Shown one piece after another: positions 38,897 to 49,124 of a stretch of 64,000 nt of DNA. The stretch is from Alphaproteobacteria bacterium. GTDB taxonomy: Bacteria > Pseudomonadota > Alphaproteobacteria > JBKEAR01. How positions within the stretch are numbered: position 1 is the stretch's first letter; each line of letters begins with the position of its first letter. The notes beneath the pieces were generated by a model. That model ran no database searches and was not told where the DNA came from. It saw only the letters and a program-made list of their open reading frames with translations. Location: assembly GCA_047972425.1 (NCBI GenBank), contig JBKEAR010000016.1:5500-69499 (forward strand). Direction: 5' to 3'. The position numbers and the translations under genes were made by a program.

Positions 38897-41569
38897 ATGT
38901 TTGGAAAATTTGCAAAATCAGTCTTTGGCACAGCCAATGAGCGTTATATCAAAAAGCTTCAAAAACATATTCATGCTATTGAAAAATTAGAGCCAGAATA
39001 TGCCGCATTATCCGATAATGAAATTAAGGCAAAAACCGAAGAATTTAAAGAACGCTTGCGTAATGGTGCAAGCTTAGATGATATTTTGGTTGAAGCTTTT
39101 GCCAATGTGCGCGAAGCAGCAAAACGAACCTTAAATTTACGTGCTTACCCTGTACAGCTGATTGGCGGCATTGTTTTACACCGTGGCCAAATTGCCGAGA
39201 TGCGCACGGGCGAAGGTAAAACTTTGGTTTCTACCTTTGCGGTTTATTTAAATGCCCTTGAAGGCAAAGGTGTGCATGTTGTTACGGTGAATGATTATTT
39301 AGCAAGCCGCGATGCCGAATGGATGGGGGCTGTTTATAAGTTCCTTGGTTTAACTGTGGGTTGTATTGTGCATGGGCTAAATGATGATGAGCGCCGTGCT
39401 GCTTATAATTGCGATATCACTTATGCCACCAATAATGAGTTGGGTTTTGATTATTTGCGCGATAATATGAAATATTCCCGTGCCGATATGGTGCAACGCC
39501 CTTTTAATTATGCGATTGTGGATGAGGTCGACTCGATTTTGGTTGACGAAGCCCGTACACCATTGATTATATCTGGCCCTTCGGAAGACCATTCTGATTT
39601 ATATAAAACCATGAATGAGATTATTAAAACCTTAAAGCCCGAGGATTACGAGATTGACCAAAAATCGCGCTCAATCCAGTTTACCGAAGAAGGTAACGAG
39701 GTTTTGGAAACCAAGCTGCGCCAAGCGGGTATTATGACCGAAGGCTCTCTTTACGATACATCGAACATTACCCTTATTCACCATTCTACCCAAGCGGCTA
39801 TGGCCAATTTTGTATTTGTACGCGATGTTGATTATATGGTCAAACCCGGAAACTCTGGCAGTTTAGAAGTCATGATTATTGACCCCTTTACCGGCCGCAC
39901 TATGGAAGGCCGGCGTTGGTCCAACGGTTTACACCAAGCGGTAGAAGCCAAAGAGGGTGTGGATATTCAGTCTGAAAATCAAACATTAGCCTCAATCACT
40001 TATCAGAATTATTTTCGCCTTTATCCCAAACTGGCTGGTATGACGGGTACGGCGATGACGGAAGCTGGTGAATTTATGGAGATTTACAAGCTCGAGGTCA
40101 TTGATATACCAACCAATGTACCCATTACCCGTAAGGACCATGATGACTTAATTTATCTGACCGAAAAAGATAAATTAGATGCCGTTATTGCTCAAATTAA
40201 AGAATGTATCGGTAATAATCAGCCGGTTTTAGTGGGTACGGCATCGGTAGAGAAATCCGAAGAATTATCCAATATTTTAAAGAAACTCAATATTAAACAT
40301 AATGTGCTTAATGCCCGCCAGCATGAAAGAGAAGCCGAGGTTATTGCCTTAGCTGGCGAGCCGGGTAATGTGACTATTGCCACCAATATGGCCGGGCGCG
40401 GAACCGATATTCAGTTGGGTGGTAATTTAGATAAACTTATTAAAGATAACCCCAATGACGAACCCCAAAATATTAAAATCCTTGTGCAAAATAATCGCGA
40501 GAAAGTATTGGCCGGTGGTGGCTTAGCTGTTATTGGTACCGAGCGCCATGAAAGCCGGCGTATTGATAATCAGCTCCGCGGGCGTTCTGGCCGCCAAGGC
40601 GATGTAGGTTTATCGCGCTTTTACCTCTCGCTTGAAGATGATTTAATGCGGCGTTTTGGCTCTGACCGTTTAGATGGCATGCTGCGTAAATTTGGCCTTA
40701 AAGAAGGCGAAAGCATTGAACATCCTTGGGTGACTAAAGCTTTAGAGCGTGCGCAAAAAAATGTGGAAAACTATAACTTTGATGCCCGTAAACAATCGTT
40801 AAAATATGATGATGTTTTAAATGATCAGCGCCGCGAAATTTATGGTCAACGTATTGATATTATGGATGCCGATGACCTACAAGAGACAATTTTAGATGTT
40901 TTTGAAGAAACGGCTGAACGTGTAATTACCCGCTCTATCCCGGCTAAAGCCTATGCTGACCAATGGGATATTGAAACTTTAACCCAAGATATGAGCCGCA
41001 TTTTCGGTATTGATGATGTGCGTGTAGATGCTTGGATAAAAGAAGAAGCTGTTGATGAAAATATGCTGATTGAGCGCGTTTTAGAACAGATGAATAAGCG
41101 CTATCTTGAGCAAAAAGAATTATATGGCGAAGCCTTTAACGATATTGAAAAAAATCTGATGTTACAGATTATTGATCGCCAATGGCAAGAGCATCTTTTA
41201 ACTTTAGACCATTTGCGCCAAGGCATTGGCTTGCGTGCTTATGGCCAACGCAACCCGCTTGATGAATATAAGCGCGAGGCTTTTGAGTTGTTCCAAATCT
41301 TGCTCGAGAAAATCCGCGAGCAAACATGCTCGGTATTATCCCATTTGGTGATTCAAGCCCGTAATACTGCCGAAGATGATGCGCAATCTATGCCACCACA
41401 GCAAGCCCCAGAGGGTAATATTGCTGATACAAATGAGCCGGAATTAGAATATCCCGAAGGTTTCGACCCCAATGACCCCGAAACATGGGCGAGCTTTGTA
41501 TCACGAAACTCACCCTGCCCTTGTGGCTCCGGCAAAAAATTTAAACAATGCCACGGTAAACTCAATTAA
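38897..41569 (+). CDS. secA: preprotein translocase ATPase
   Basis: [40 protein letters not shown]-terminal [18 protein letters not shown]. Confidence 0.99.
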   Translation: MFGKFAKSVFGTANERYIKKLQKHIHAIEKLEPEYAALSDNEIKAKTEEFKERLRNGASLDDILVEAFANVREAAKRTLNLRAYPVQLIGGIVLHRGQIAEMRTGEGKTLVSTFAVYLNALEGKGVHVVTVNDYLASRDAEWMGAVYKFLGLTVGCIVHGLNDDERRAAYNCDITYATNNELGFDYLRDNMKYSRADMVQRPFNYAIVDEVDSILVDEARTPLIISGPSEDHSDLYKTMNEIIKTLKPEDYEIDQKSRSIQFTEEGNEVLETKLRQAGIMTEGSLYDTSNITLIHHSTQAAMANFVFVRDVDYMVKPGNSGSLEVMIIDPFTGRTMEGRRWSNGLHQAVEAKEGVDIQSENQTLASITYQNYFRLYPKLAGMTGTAMTEAGEFMEIYKLEVIDIPTNVPITRKDHDDLIYLTEKDKLDAVIAQIKECIGNNQPVLVGTASVEKSEELSNILKKLNIKHNVLNARQHEREAEVIALAGEPGNVTIATNMAGRGTDIQLGGNLDKLIKDNPNDEPQNIKILVQNNREKVLAGGGLAVIGTERHESRRIDNQLRGRSGRQGDVGLSRFYLSLEDDLMRRFGSDRLDGMLRKFGLKEGESIEHPWVTKALERAQKNVENYNFDARKQSLKYDDVLNDQRREIYGQRIDIMDADDLQETILDVFEETAERVITRSIPAKAYADQWDIETLTQDMSRIFGIDDVRVDAWIKEEAVDENMLIERVLEQMNKRYLEQKELYGEAFNDIEKNLMLQIIDRQWQEHLLTLDHLRQGIGLRAYGQRNPLDEYKREAFELFQILLEKIREQTCSVLSHLVIQARNTAEDDAQSMPPQQAPEGNIADTNEPELEYPEGFDPNDPETWASFVSRNSPCPCGSGKKFKQCHGKLN

Positions 41570-41586
41570 AAAATCTAAATATTTAC

Positions 41587-41611
41587 AGCCCGCTTAATTA
41601 AGCGGGCTTTT
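41587..41611 (+). terminator. terminator after secA
   Basis: Perfect 22-bp palindrome AGCCCGCTTAATTAAGCGGGCT then TTT. Confidence 0.8.
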
Positions 41612-41952
41612 ACATGACCTTACTGACAAGATTTGTTTGATGAATTAAAGTTGCTATACCCAGCTTGACAAATTATCTGGTTGGTTAGGGTGAAATACCC
41701 AACTCAAGTCAACAATATAGACTTTATAGAAAAAAATGCGCTGCTTAATCGAATAAAAAATCGTTAATGTAGTATAAATTAATAATACAAACAAAAACTG
41801 CCAAAAAAATAAATATGAATATTTATACATTTTCGTGATTAAAAATAAGAATTTTTTTGATAATGACCAAATGAATAAATTTTAAGTTTGTAATAATTGA
41901 GTTACAATTGCTTGTTAATATTGGGGCAATTAAATTTATTTAGGAAGAGAAT

Positions 41953-43359
41953 ATGTCGGATAAAAAGAAATTAACAATCAAAAAGCTTTTTAAATATTGG
42001 CCTTTATGTATTGTTATTTTTTGTTTTTGGCTTTTATTGGGTGTAAAAGTGCCTTTACCAACCAACCAACCATCACCTAATGGGGCAATAGGTAATGGGG
42101 GCAAAACCAAAGAGATTTCCTTATTGCGTTATCTGGTTGCTCCGCCAAAATCTCAGGCTTCACAAAAAAAACCAACAGAACAATCATCTGGCCTAAAAGC
42201 CCTTTCGGTCTTAAAAATATCTCATAATGAATTTACACCCGTTTTAGAAACTTGGGGTGAGGTTCAATCGCCCAGCGGTGCAGCGTTGGAGCTTGTGAGC
42301 GAAGTTTCTGCTAAGGTCATTGAGCTGGCCGATATCCACCCCGGCTCTACTGTTACCAAAGGCCAAGTTTTGGTTCATTTAGACAATACCGATACCACTT
42401 ATGCTTTAGAGCAAGCCCAAGCAAAGTTAGATGAATTAGAAGCCAGTTTAGATTCTGCTCAAACACTCCTTCCCCTAGAGCAACAAGTGTTAGAAGTTGC
42501 CGAAAAATCTTATGCACGTTATCAAGATTTAGCCAAGCAAAATGTTACATCGACTGCCAATGTAGAAGAACAGCTACGCACTTTTTTACAAGCCCAACAA
42601 TCGGTACAAACCCAAAAAAATAGTATTGCAAGCTTAGAGGCGCAAATCGCTAGCCAACAATCAGTTGTCAGAGAAGCACAAAATAATTTAGATAAAACCC
42701 AAATAAAGGCACCGGTTAACGGGCGTATTTTAGAAATTAATATTCAAGTTGGGCAGTATTTAAATGCCAATACAGCGGTTTTGCGTATGGTTAATATTAA
42801 CGAGCAAGAGGTTCAATCGCTCATATCATTTTCTAAATTAGTTGCTTTTTTACCCGATACAACTGTTATTGATAATTTGATTGGTCTTAAAGGTTATTTT
42901 ACATTAGAGGAAAATGGTTATGAGCGTAATTGGCCAATAACCATTAGTGCCATACCCGCCGAGCTTTCGGCAGAGAGCCGCGATATTAAGGTGCGCTTTT
43001 CCTTTGACGACCCAGCATCGGCACCATTATTAGGAACCTATGGTCAAGTCACCCTGCTTTCACCCGAAAATCGCGATATTATCATCGTTCCGCGAGATTC
43101 AATCCGCCAAGGTAAAGCTTATATTTTAGATGATACAAATGCCATTCATGCCACGCCTGTTAAAACATCAATCATCGGCGATAAATGGCTTTGGGTACAG
43201 CAAGGTTTAAATATTAATGAACAGCTGGTTATTCAGCCCCCCATTCCATTTGTTGAAAATATTATTTATGAGCCTAAAGATGATGCACGAGTGACCGATT
43301 TACTTAATGAATTTATTGTATCCACACAGCAAGATTTGCAAGATAAGGGTGCAAAATAA
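41953..43359 (+). CDS. RND efflux periplasmic adaptor (MFP)
   Basis: N-terminal TM, LVSEVSAKVIEL..GSTVTKGQVLVHLD, coiled coil, IKAPVNGRI, IIVPRDSI. Confidence 0.9.
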   Translation: MSDKKKLTIKKLFKYWPLCIVIFCFWLLLGVKVPLPTNQPSPNGAIGNGGKTKEISLLRYLVAPPKSQASQKKPTEQSSGLKALSVLKISHNEFTPVLETWGEVQSPSGAALELVSEVSAKVIELADIHPGSTVTKGQVLVHLDNTDTTYALEQAQAKLDELEASLDSAQTLLPLEQQVLEVAEKSYARYQDLAKQNVTSTANVEEQLRTFLQAQQSVQTQKNSIASLEAQIASQQSVVREAQNNLDKTQIKAPVNGRILEINIQVGQYLNANTAVLRMVNINEQEVQSLISFSKLVAFLPDTTVIDNLIGLKGYFTLEENGYERNWPITISAIPAELSAESRDIKVRFSFDDPASAPLLGTYGQVTLLSPENRDIIIVPRDSIRQGKAYILDDTNAIHATPVKTSIIGDKWLWVQQGLNINEQLVIQPPIPFVENIIYEPKDDARVTDLLNEFIVSTQQDLQDKGAK

Positions 43360-46300
43360 TGATTAAATGGTTTATTCGCCACCCAATTGCCCCCAATTTA
43401 CTTATGTTTTCTATTTTTGTATTGGCGCTTGCCATGGTGCCTAAGTTACAAAAAGCGACTTTTCCTTCTATCCCTGATCGCACAGTGAGTGTTTCGGTGA
43501 GTTGGCAGGGCAGCACTGCCGCAGAGATTGAAGATGCAATTTGTAAACCATTAGAACAAGAATTAGATGGTATAGATAATATTGAAAGTTATACATGTAC
43601 AGCATCGGATAATAGTGCATCGGTACGCGCAACAATGGATTGGGGCAGCGATTATAGCGATTTTTATGAAGATATAAAATCAGCGGTGGATCAAACCAAT
43701 TTACCGGCCGAAGCCGAAACCCCTAAAGTATCCAAAGCTTCTCGCGGTTTTCAGACAACCGTTGCCATTTTAGCCGTAACAGGTATTGATAATTTACAAG
43801 ATTTAAAAGATTATACCGAAGATATTAAAGACCAAATTGTTAATCTAAACGAAGTGAGCTTAGCAACAGTGAGCGGATTTGATGATATTGAGTTTCTTAT
43901 CCAGCTTATCCCCGAAAGATTAGAGGCACTGAATTTAACCGTTAATGATGTGGCATCGGCACTGCAAGCACAATCGGTAGAACAAACTTTGGGCGAGTTA
44001 AAATCGGTCAATAACAGCTATACCTTAAAGATTGAGCAAAGAGCAACGGATATATCTTCTTTTGAAGATTTGATTATTATGGTACTGAGCGATGGTGCCA
44101 TTATTCACCTAAAAGATATTGCCAACATCACCAAAGCTTTTGCCGAGCCAAAACCCAAAGCTTTAGTGGATATGAAAGCAGCCGGATTAATTACGGTGGA
44201 GCGCTCAGAGAGCCAAGATATTTTAACCGTTGCCGATGCTGTTTATGCCTTTGTGGATAAAGTGCAGGCAACAGCACCCCAAGGTGTTAAGGTTGAGGTT
44301 GTGGGCGATATTTCGCAAATGACGCGTGATCGCCTAAATTTGGTTGTGCATAACGGCATCAATGGTTTACTCCTTGCTTTCTTTACGCTCTGGCTATTTT
44401 TTAATATTCGTTATAGTTTTTGGATTACCATTGGTCTACCTATATCTTTTGCCGGCGGTTTGGTGCTAATGTTATGGTTTGGCCAAACCATTAATGTCAT
44501 GTCGCTTGTGGGGCTACTTGTGGCTATTGGGATATTAATGGACGATGCCATTGTGGTAGCCGAAAATATCCAAGCACAATATCTTAAAGGCAAAAGCAAA
44601 ATGCAAGCCGCTATTGATGGCACGTTAGAAGTCATGCCGGGGGTTATATCATCTTTTCTAACCACAATCATGATTGCCTTAGCGGTATCTTTTTTGCAGG
44701 GTGAAATGGGTGTGATTTTACGGGTAATCCCTATTGTGATGATTATGGTATTATCGGTTAGCCTGATTGAAGCCTTTTTGATTTTGCCCGCGCATTTGGG
44801 GCATAGTTTAAGGGATCGCACCGAAAAACAACCCCATTTTCTTTCTGACTATATTACCAATTTTTGCGGTATTTTCATTACATTCAGTACCGTTTTTATC
44901 CTTACCAAAGGCATTGAAGAAACCGCAAAACGGTATATTTTATTACCCATAATCATCTCTGCAATTATTGCCGCATTATTGCTTACATTATATACACGTA
45001 ATCGTTATAATAAACAAAATCATCATGGCAAAGCGCAACAGCCTTTTATTCGGCGTAATTTTTATCGGCTATTTAATTATGTGCGCGATAATATTGTTTA
45101 TAAAATTGCACAATTTTCGATTAAACATCGGTTATTTACCATTGTTATCGCCATCTCCTTCTTTTTATCGGGGCATTTTTTACTGCAATGGGGTGGCGTG
45201 CGTATGACATCTTTCCCATCGGTTGAGGCCAATACGGTAGAGGCACGCATTCTTTACCCATCGGGCTATGCGCAAGAGGCCATAGAGCCGGGTATTCAGC
45301 AAATTTTAACGGCTTTTAATGCGATGGAACAAAATTATCAGGAGCAATTCCCCGATGCCCCACCTTTATTAGAATCCATGAGCATTCAATATGGTGTCAA
45401 TAGAGATAGCAGCGATAGCGGCGAGCATCAGGCAACCATTGGTATTGATATTAATGGCGATAGAGAACAAACTGCCGATGAAATTGCCCTATTATGGCGC
45501 GAAGAGATTGGTACAATCCCTGATATATTATCGCTAAATGTTTTACAAGATGCCCCCGGCCCCGGTGGCGATGATTTAGCCATACGGATATTCTCTAAAG
45601 ATGATGATGCCTTACTTGAGGCCTCTTTAGCCTTAGAAGGTTATTTGGCCACTATTAATGGCATTAAAGGGGTGGTGCATGATTTACGTGCCGGTGCGCC
45701 CGAATGGGTAATGCATTTAAAACCTCTTGCTCTCGATTTAGGGTTAAGTGCCAGCAATATATCATCGCAAATCCGTGGGGCGATTTTTGGTTATGAGGTC
45801 GATGAAATTCAGGTAGGTAATGATACCGTAGAGGCCAATATTCGGTACGGAAATCTGGATACACGCTCGGTAAATTTATTAGATAATTTTCTAATTAAAA
45901 CCACAAATGGACAAAAAATCCCCTTAACAATGTTGGTAGATTTTGAGCAAACCTATAGCCCCACACGTATCTCACGCCGTAATGGCGCAAGGGTAAATAC
46001 AGTACGGGCATCTTTAGATAAAAATATCATTTTAGATACCGAGGCCGAAAAAATGGTGCGCGAAGAATTTATGGTACCCATGGCCGAAACTTACCCCGAT
46101 GTGCGCTTTAGCTTTGGCGGCCGCCAAGAGGATAGGGTAAGAACCATGTCTTCGATGCAATCGGGCTTTTTATTAGGCTTATTTGGCATATATGCTATTT
46201 TAGCCTTGCAGTTTCGCAGTTGGATACAACCTTTTGTGGTTATGCTCATTATCCCCACCGGTTATGCAGGCACTATTTGGGGGCATTATTTGCTTGGCTT

Positions 46301-46718
46301 TAATTTCTCGACTATGTCCATGATTGGCTTTGTTTTGCTATCGGGGGTTGCGGTAAACGATTCCATTTTATTGGTTACCTTTATTAAAAACCGCCTTAAT
46401 GAAAATATTCCTCTTAGAGAAGCCGCTGCAACAGCTGCTAAAGAGCGTTATAGAGCCGTATTTTTAACTTCCATTACCACTATTGCCGGTGTTATCCCCC
46501 TATTGGCCGAAAGCGATATTCAGGCACAAGTCATTCAACCCCTTGCAATTTCTATTGCTTTTGGTTTAATAACAACAACAGCTATGGTATTGTTTTTAGC
46601 ACCAACATTATATGTTATGGTAGAAGAAGCCAAACAAAAGATACAATCGTGGTTTAAGCCCCAAAACGGAGAGATAACCGAGCATGATACCGAAAAATTG
46701 GAACAAAGAAGCCCATAA
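43359..46718 (+). CDS. RND efflux permease (AcrB/D/F family)
   Basis: FIRHPIAPNLLM, GILMDDAIVVAEN, GVAVNDSILLV, RAVFLTSITTIAG. Confidence 0.95.
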   Translation: MIKWFIRHPIAPNLLMFSIFVLALAMVPKLQKATFPSIPDRTVSVSVSWQGSTAAEIEDAICKPLEQELDGIDNIESYTCTASDNSASVRATMDWGSDYSDFYEDIKSAVDQTNLPAEAETPKVSKASRGFQTTVAILAVTGIDNLQDLKDYTEDIKDQIVNLNEVSLATVSGFDDIEFLIQLIPERLEALNLTVNDVASALQAQSVEQTLGELKSVNNSYTLKIEQRATDISSFEDLIIMVLSDGAIIHLKDIANITKAFAEPKPKALVDMKAAGLITVERSESQDILTVADAVYAFVDKVQATAPQGVKVEVVGDISQMTRDRLNLVVHNGINGLLLAFFTLWLFFNIRYSFWITIGLPISFAGGLVLMLWFGQTINVMSLVGLLVAIGILMDDAIVVAENIQAQYLKGKSKMQAAIDGTLEVMPGVISSFLTTIMIALAVSFLQGEMGVILRVIPIVMIMVLSVSLIEAFLILPAHLGHSLRDRTEKQPHFLSDYITNFCGIFITFSTVFILTKGIEETAKRYILLPIIISAIIAALLLTLYTRNRYNKQNHHGKAQQPFIRRNFYRLFNYVRDNIVYKIAQFSIKHRLFTIVIAISFFLSGHFLLQWGGVRMTSFPSVEANTVEARILYPSGYAQEAIEPGIQQILTAFNAMEQNYQEQFPDAPPLLESMSIQYGVNRDSSDSGEHQATIGIDINGDREQTADEIALLWREEIGTIPDILSLNVLQDAPGPGGDDLAIRIFSKDDDALLEASLALEGYLATINGIKGVVHDLRAGAPEWVMHLKPLALDLGLSASNISSQIRGAIFGYEVDEIQVGNDTVEANIRYGNLDTRSVNLLDNFLIKTTNGQKIPLTMLVDFEQTYSPTRISRRNGARVNTVRASLDKNIILDTEAEKMVREEFMVPMAETYPDVRFSFGGRQEDRVRTMSSMQSGFLLGLFGIYAILALQFRSWIQPFVVMLIIPTGYAGTIWGHYLLGFNFSTMSMIGFVLLSGVAVNDSILLVTFIKNRLNENIPLREAAATAAKERYRAVFLTSITTIAGVIPLLAESDIQAQVIQPLAISIAFGLITTTAMVLFLAPTLYVMVEEAKQKIQSWFKPQNGEITEHDTEKLEQRSP

Positions 46719-47859
46719 TTTATGGGAAAAAAACGAAAAGCAAGCCGCTATAAATATTTTACTCGCCCAAATTAATCAATTTGGTACACAAAAACCCCGC
46801 GATTTAACGTTACAATTTTCTTATTATCTTTTTTTACTGGGCGATTATGGTACCGCAGCCGATGTTTTGCGCCTTGCCCATAGCCAACAACCCGATGATA
46901 ATGAGATTTTACAAAATCTGGTGGCCACTTTATCTCGTGCCGGTTTTTATAACGATGCACTTATTTATGCCCAACAATTATTAAAACAAGACCCCAATAA
47001 TTTTTTAAATTATGATGGGTTATCTAAAATTTATGCCCATCTTGAGCGTTATGACGAGGCTAGTGCCGCCGGTACACAATCTTTGATAATAAAAGACCGT
47101 ATTTTTGGCAATACCCCGACGGATTGGCAATTACCCAATCTGAATATAAAAACCGAACTTAAAAATAAAAAAAAGGTGATTAGTTTTAGCCTTTTTGGTA
47201 ATAACCCTAGTTATCTTAAGGGGGCTTTACTTAATTTGTTACTTGCCCCGCGCATTTATCCGGATTGGGAAATTTGGTTTTGGCTCGATGATACCGTACC
47301 GCAAGAATTTCAAGATTTAATGACTGAGTTGGGTGCTATTATCAAAAAGCAACCTATTAATCAACCAATATTACAAAAACTCAGTTGGCGTTTTTTGGCC
47401 TCGGACGATAAGGAAATTGGTTATTTTCTCGTACGTGATGTTGATTCCGTTGTAAATATTCGCGAAGCCTTCGCCGTAAATGAATGGATAAAATCTGGCA
47501 AATATTTCCATATCATGCGCGACTGGTGGACCCATACCGATTTAATATTAGCCGGTATGTGGGGTGGCGTTGCCGGCCTATTACCCAATATGCAACAAGC
47601 CCTTAGCAACTATCGCCCCGAGGCCGTCGAAACTCCCAATATCGACCAATGGTTTTTACGCGATTATATTTGGAAATATGCCAAAACAAGCATATATATC
47701 CATGACCGTTGTTTTCAGTTTATGACACCCCATTCTTGGCCAAGTGCCTTAGCACCCAACGGAACAAACCATGTGGGAATGGACGAAACCGTACAACTAT
47801 CCCCTTATCTTTCATCTTTACTTCAAGATTGGGAAAAAAAATATCCTTGCTTACAATAG
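46684..47859 (+). CDS. TPR protein with C-terminal putative GT-A-like domain
   Basis: N-terminal TPR-like helices; KKVISFSLFG, WRFLA..D, RDVDS (DxD), HIMRD, ILAGMWGG, DQWFL. Confidence 0.6.
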   Translation: MIPKNWNKEAHNLWEKNEKQAAINILLAQINQFGTQKPRDLTLQFSYYLFLLGDYGTAADVLRLAHSQQPDDNEILQNLVATLSRAGFYNDALIYAQQLLKQDPNNFLNYDGLSKIYAHLERYDEASAAGTQSLIIKDRIFGNTPTDWQLPNLNIKTELKNKKKVISFSLFGNNPSYLKGALLNLLLAPRIYPDWEIWFWLDDTVPQEFQDLMTELGAIIKKQPINQPILQKLSWRFLASDDKEIGYFLVRDVDSVVNIREAFAVNEWIKSGKYFHIMRDWWTHTDLILAGMWGGVAGLLPNMQQALSNYRPEAVETPNIDQWFLRDYIWKYAKTSIYIHDRCFQFMTPHSWPSALAPNGTNHVGMDETVQLSPYLSSLLQDWEKKYPCLQ

Positions 47860-48429
47860 TTATTCTAAGCCAAAATCCACTTTAAAATTATCGGGGGCTT
47901 TATTGAGATATTGGGCTTTTGCTGCGCCCGATACCGCTTTGCCCGCATTGTCATAAGTCCACCATCTTTTAGGCCCCATATCGATATGCACCGTATTATT
48001 GCCCCAACCATATGCAGTAAAACCGGCTTTATTAGCGGCACTATAAAACTGTGCACGGCGGTGCATCGGCACCCGAACATCAAAGGCTAAACCTTGCACA
48101 TGTTGGCTATTGGTAGCCCCACCAACATTTTTATTTTTTTGTGGGTCACGATACCCCGAAACCACCTTCCATCGCCGATTAGTCGCCATGCGAATTTGGT
48201 TCATACCTTTATAAGCTTGCTCTTGCAAGCCATCGCCACCAAGCTCTTTATAAGAATAAGGGAATAACGCAATAATATTACCCCAAAAAATTAAAATGAC
48301 CGCAAAGAGCAAAAAAACAAAACTAGATAATCCGACCAAATACTGATTTTTGCGTAAATAAAAATACCCAATAGCAACTAAAGAAGCCACACAACATATG
48401 ATAACAAAGATAAGAAAAAAATTGACCAT
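47860..48429 (-). CDS. membrane-anchored peptidase M15A (D-Ala-D-Ala Zn peptidase fold)
   Basis: SGYRD...N..VGGA.NSQH..GLAFD and HID motifs; two N-terminal TM segments. Confidence 0.85.
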   Translation of the reverse strand: MVNFFLIFVIICCVASLVAIGYFYLRKNQYLVGLSSFVFLLFAVILIFWGNIIALFPYSYKELGGDGLQEQAYKGMNQIRMATNRRWKVVSGYRDPQKNKNVGGATNSQHVQGLAFDVRVPMHRRAQFYSAANKAGFTAYGWGNNTVHIDMGPKRWWTYDNAGKAVSGAAKAQYLNKAPDNFKVDFGLE

Positions 48430-48431
48430 TA

Positions 48432-49061
48432 TTACCGCCGTTTCGAGGTAAATCGGGTGGCTTTACCATGATATTTTTTAGTCATTTTCATCCGTTTGCG
48501 CACCAAAGTAGGTAATGTATAAATTTGGTTTAAAAATAGCTCGGTAAACTGGCGCAACATTTCGGCTTGGTCTAAATCAAACGGCTTTTCATCATGGGTG
48601 GCCTCGTTACCGTCAACGCGAATGATATTCGCCCATTCGCCTAACTCGTCCGAGATATGGTTATGTTTAACGGCATCGTTAATTTTATCGTAAATGGATT
48701 TATCCTGAAGCTCCTTAGGTACAACATCATTAAGAGCAATCTCTAATGTTTTTCTAAACATTGCCCCTGCAGCATCGGGGTTTGATGGCAAGGATTTCAC
48801 CCCTTGGATAAAAAAGTTTTCCACATTATCGGGTAAATATCGCGGTACTTCGATAACCGAACCATCGGGGAAAATCTGATTAATCGAAAATTGTCCATTT
48901 TTGCTTTTTATTTTCTCTATAATCACCGCATTATTACAATAACCACATGCATATATATCATGATCTTTGGTCTCTGTAACTTTATGACTATAAACAAATG
49001 TAAATGCCACCTGCTTGGTTTGGCAATGGGGGCAATCGAGCTTAATTAATTGTTGTGTCAT
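48432..49061 (-). CDS. Zn-ribbon plus DUF4145 protein
   Basis: CPHC...CGYC; AAGAMFRKTLEIAL, IRVDGNEATH. Confidence 0.8.
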   Translation of the reverse strand: MTQQLIKLDCPHCQTKQVAFTFVYSHKVTETKDHDIYACGYCNNAVIIEKIKSKNGQFSINQIFPDGSVIEVPRYLPDNVENFFIQGVKSLPSNPDAAGAMFRKTLEIALNDVVPKELQDKSIYDKINDAVKHNHISDELGEWANIIRVDGNEATHDEKPFDLDQAEMLRQFTELFLNQIYTLPTLVRKRMKMTKKYHGKATRFTSKRR

Positions 49062-49077
49062 GATAATACGATAACAA

Positions 49078-49112
49078 AAAAACTACGCCACTTCAATAAG
49101 GGCGTAGTTTTT
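49078..49112 (-). terminator. terminator after TRAP permease
   Basis: AAAAACTACGCC...GGCGTAGTTTTT. Confidence 0.8.
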
Positions 49113-49124
49113 AGTTTCAATATT

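Noticed and set aside
41612-41770. Degraded ORF after secA terminator
   Set aside because: A ~45-codon frame with an internal stop and no recognisable motif.
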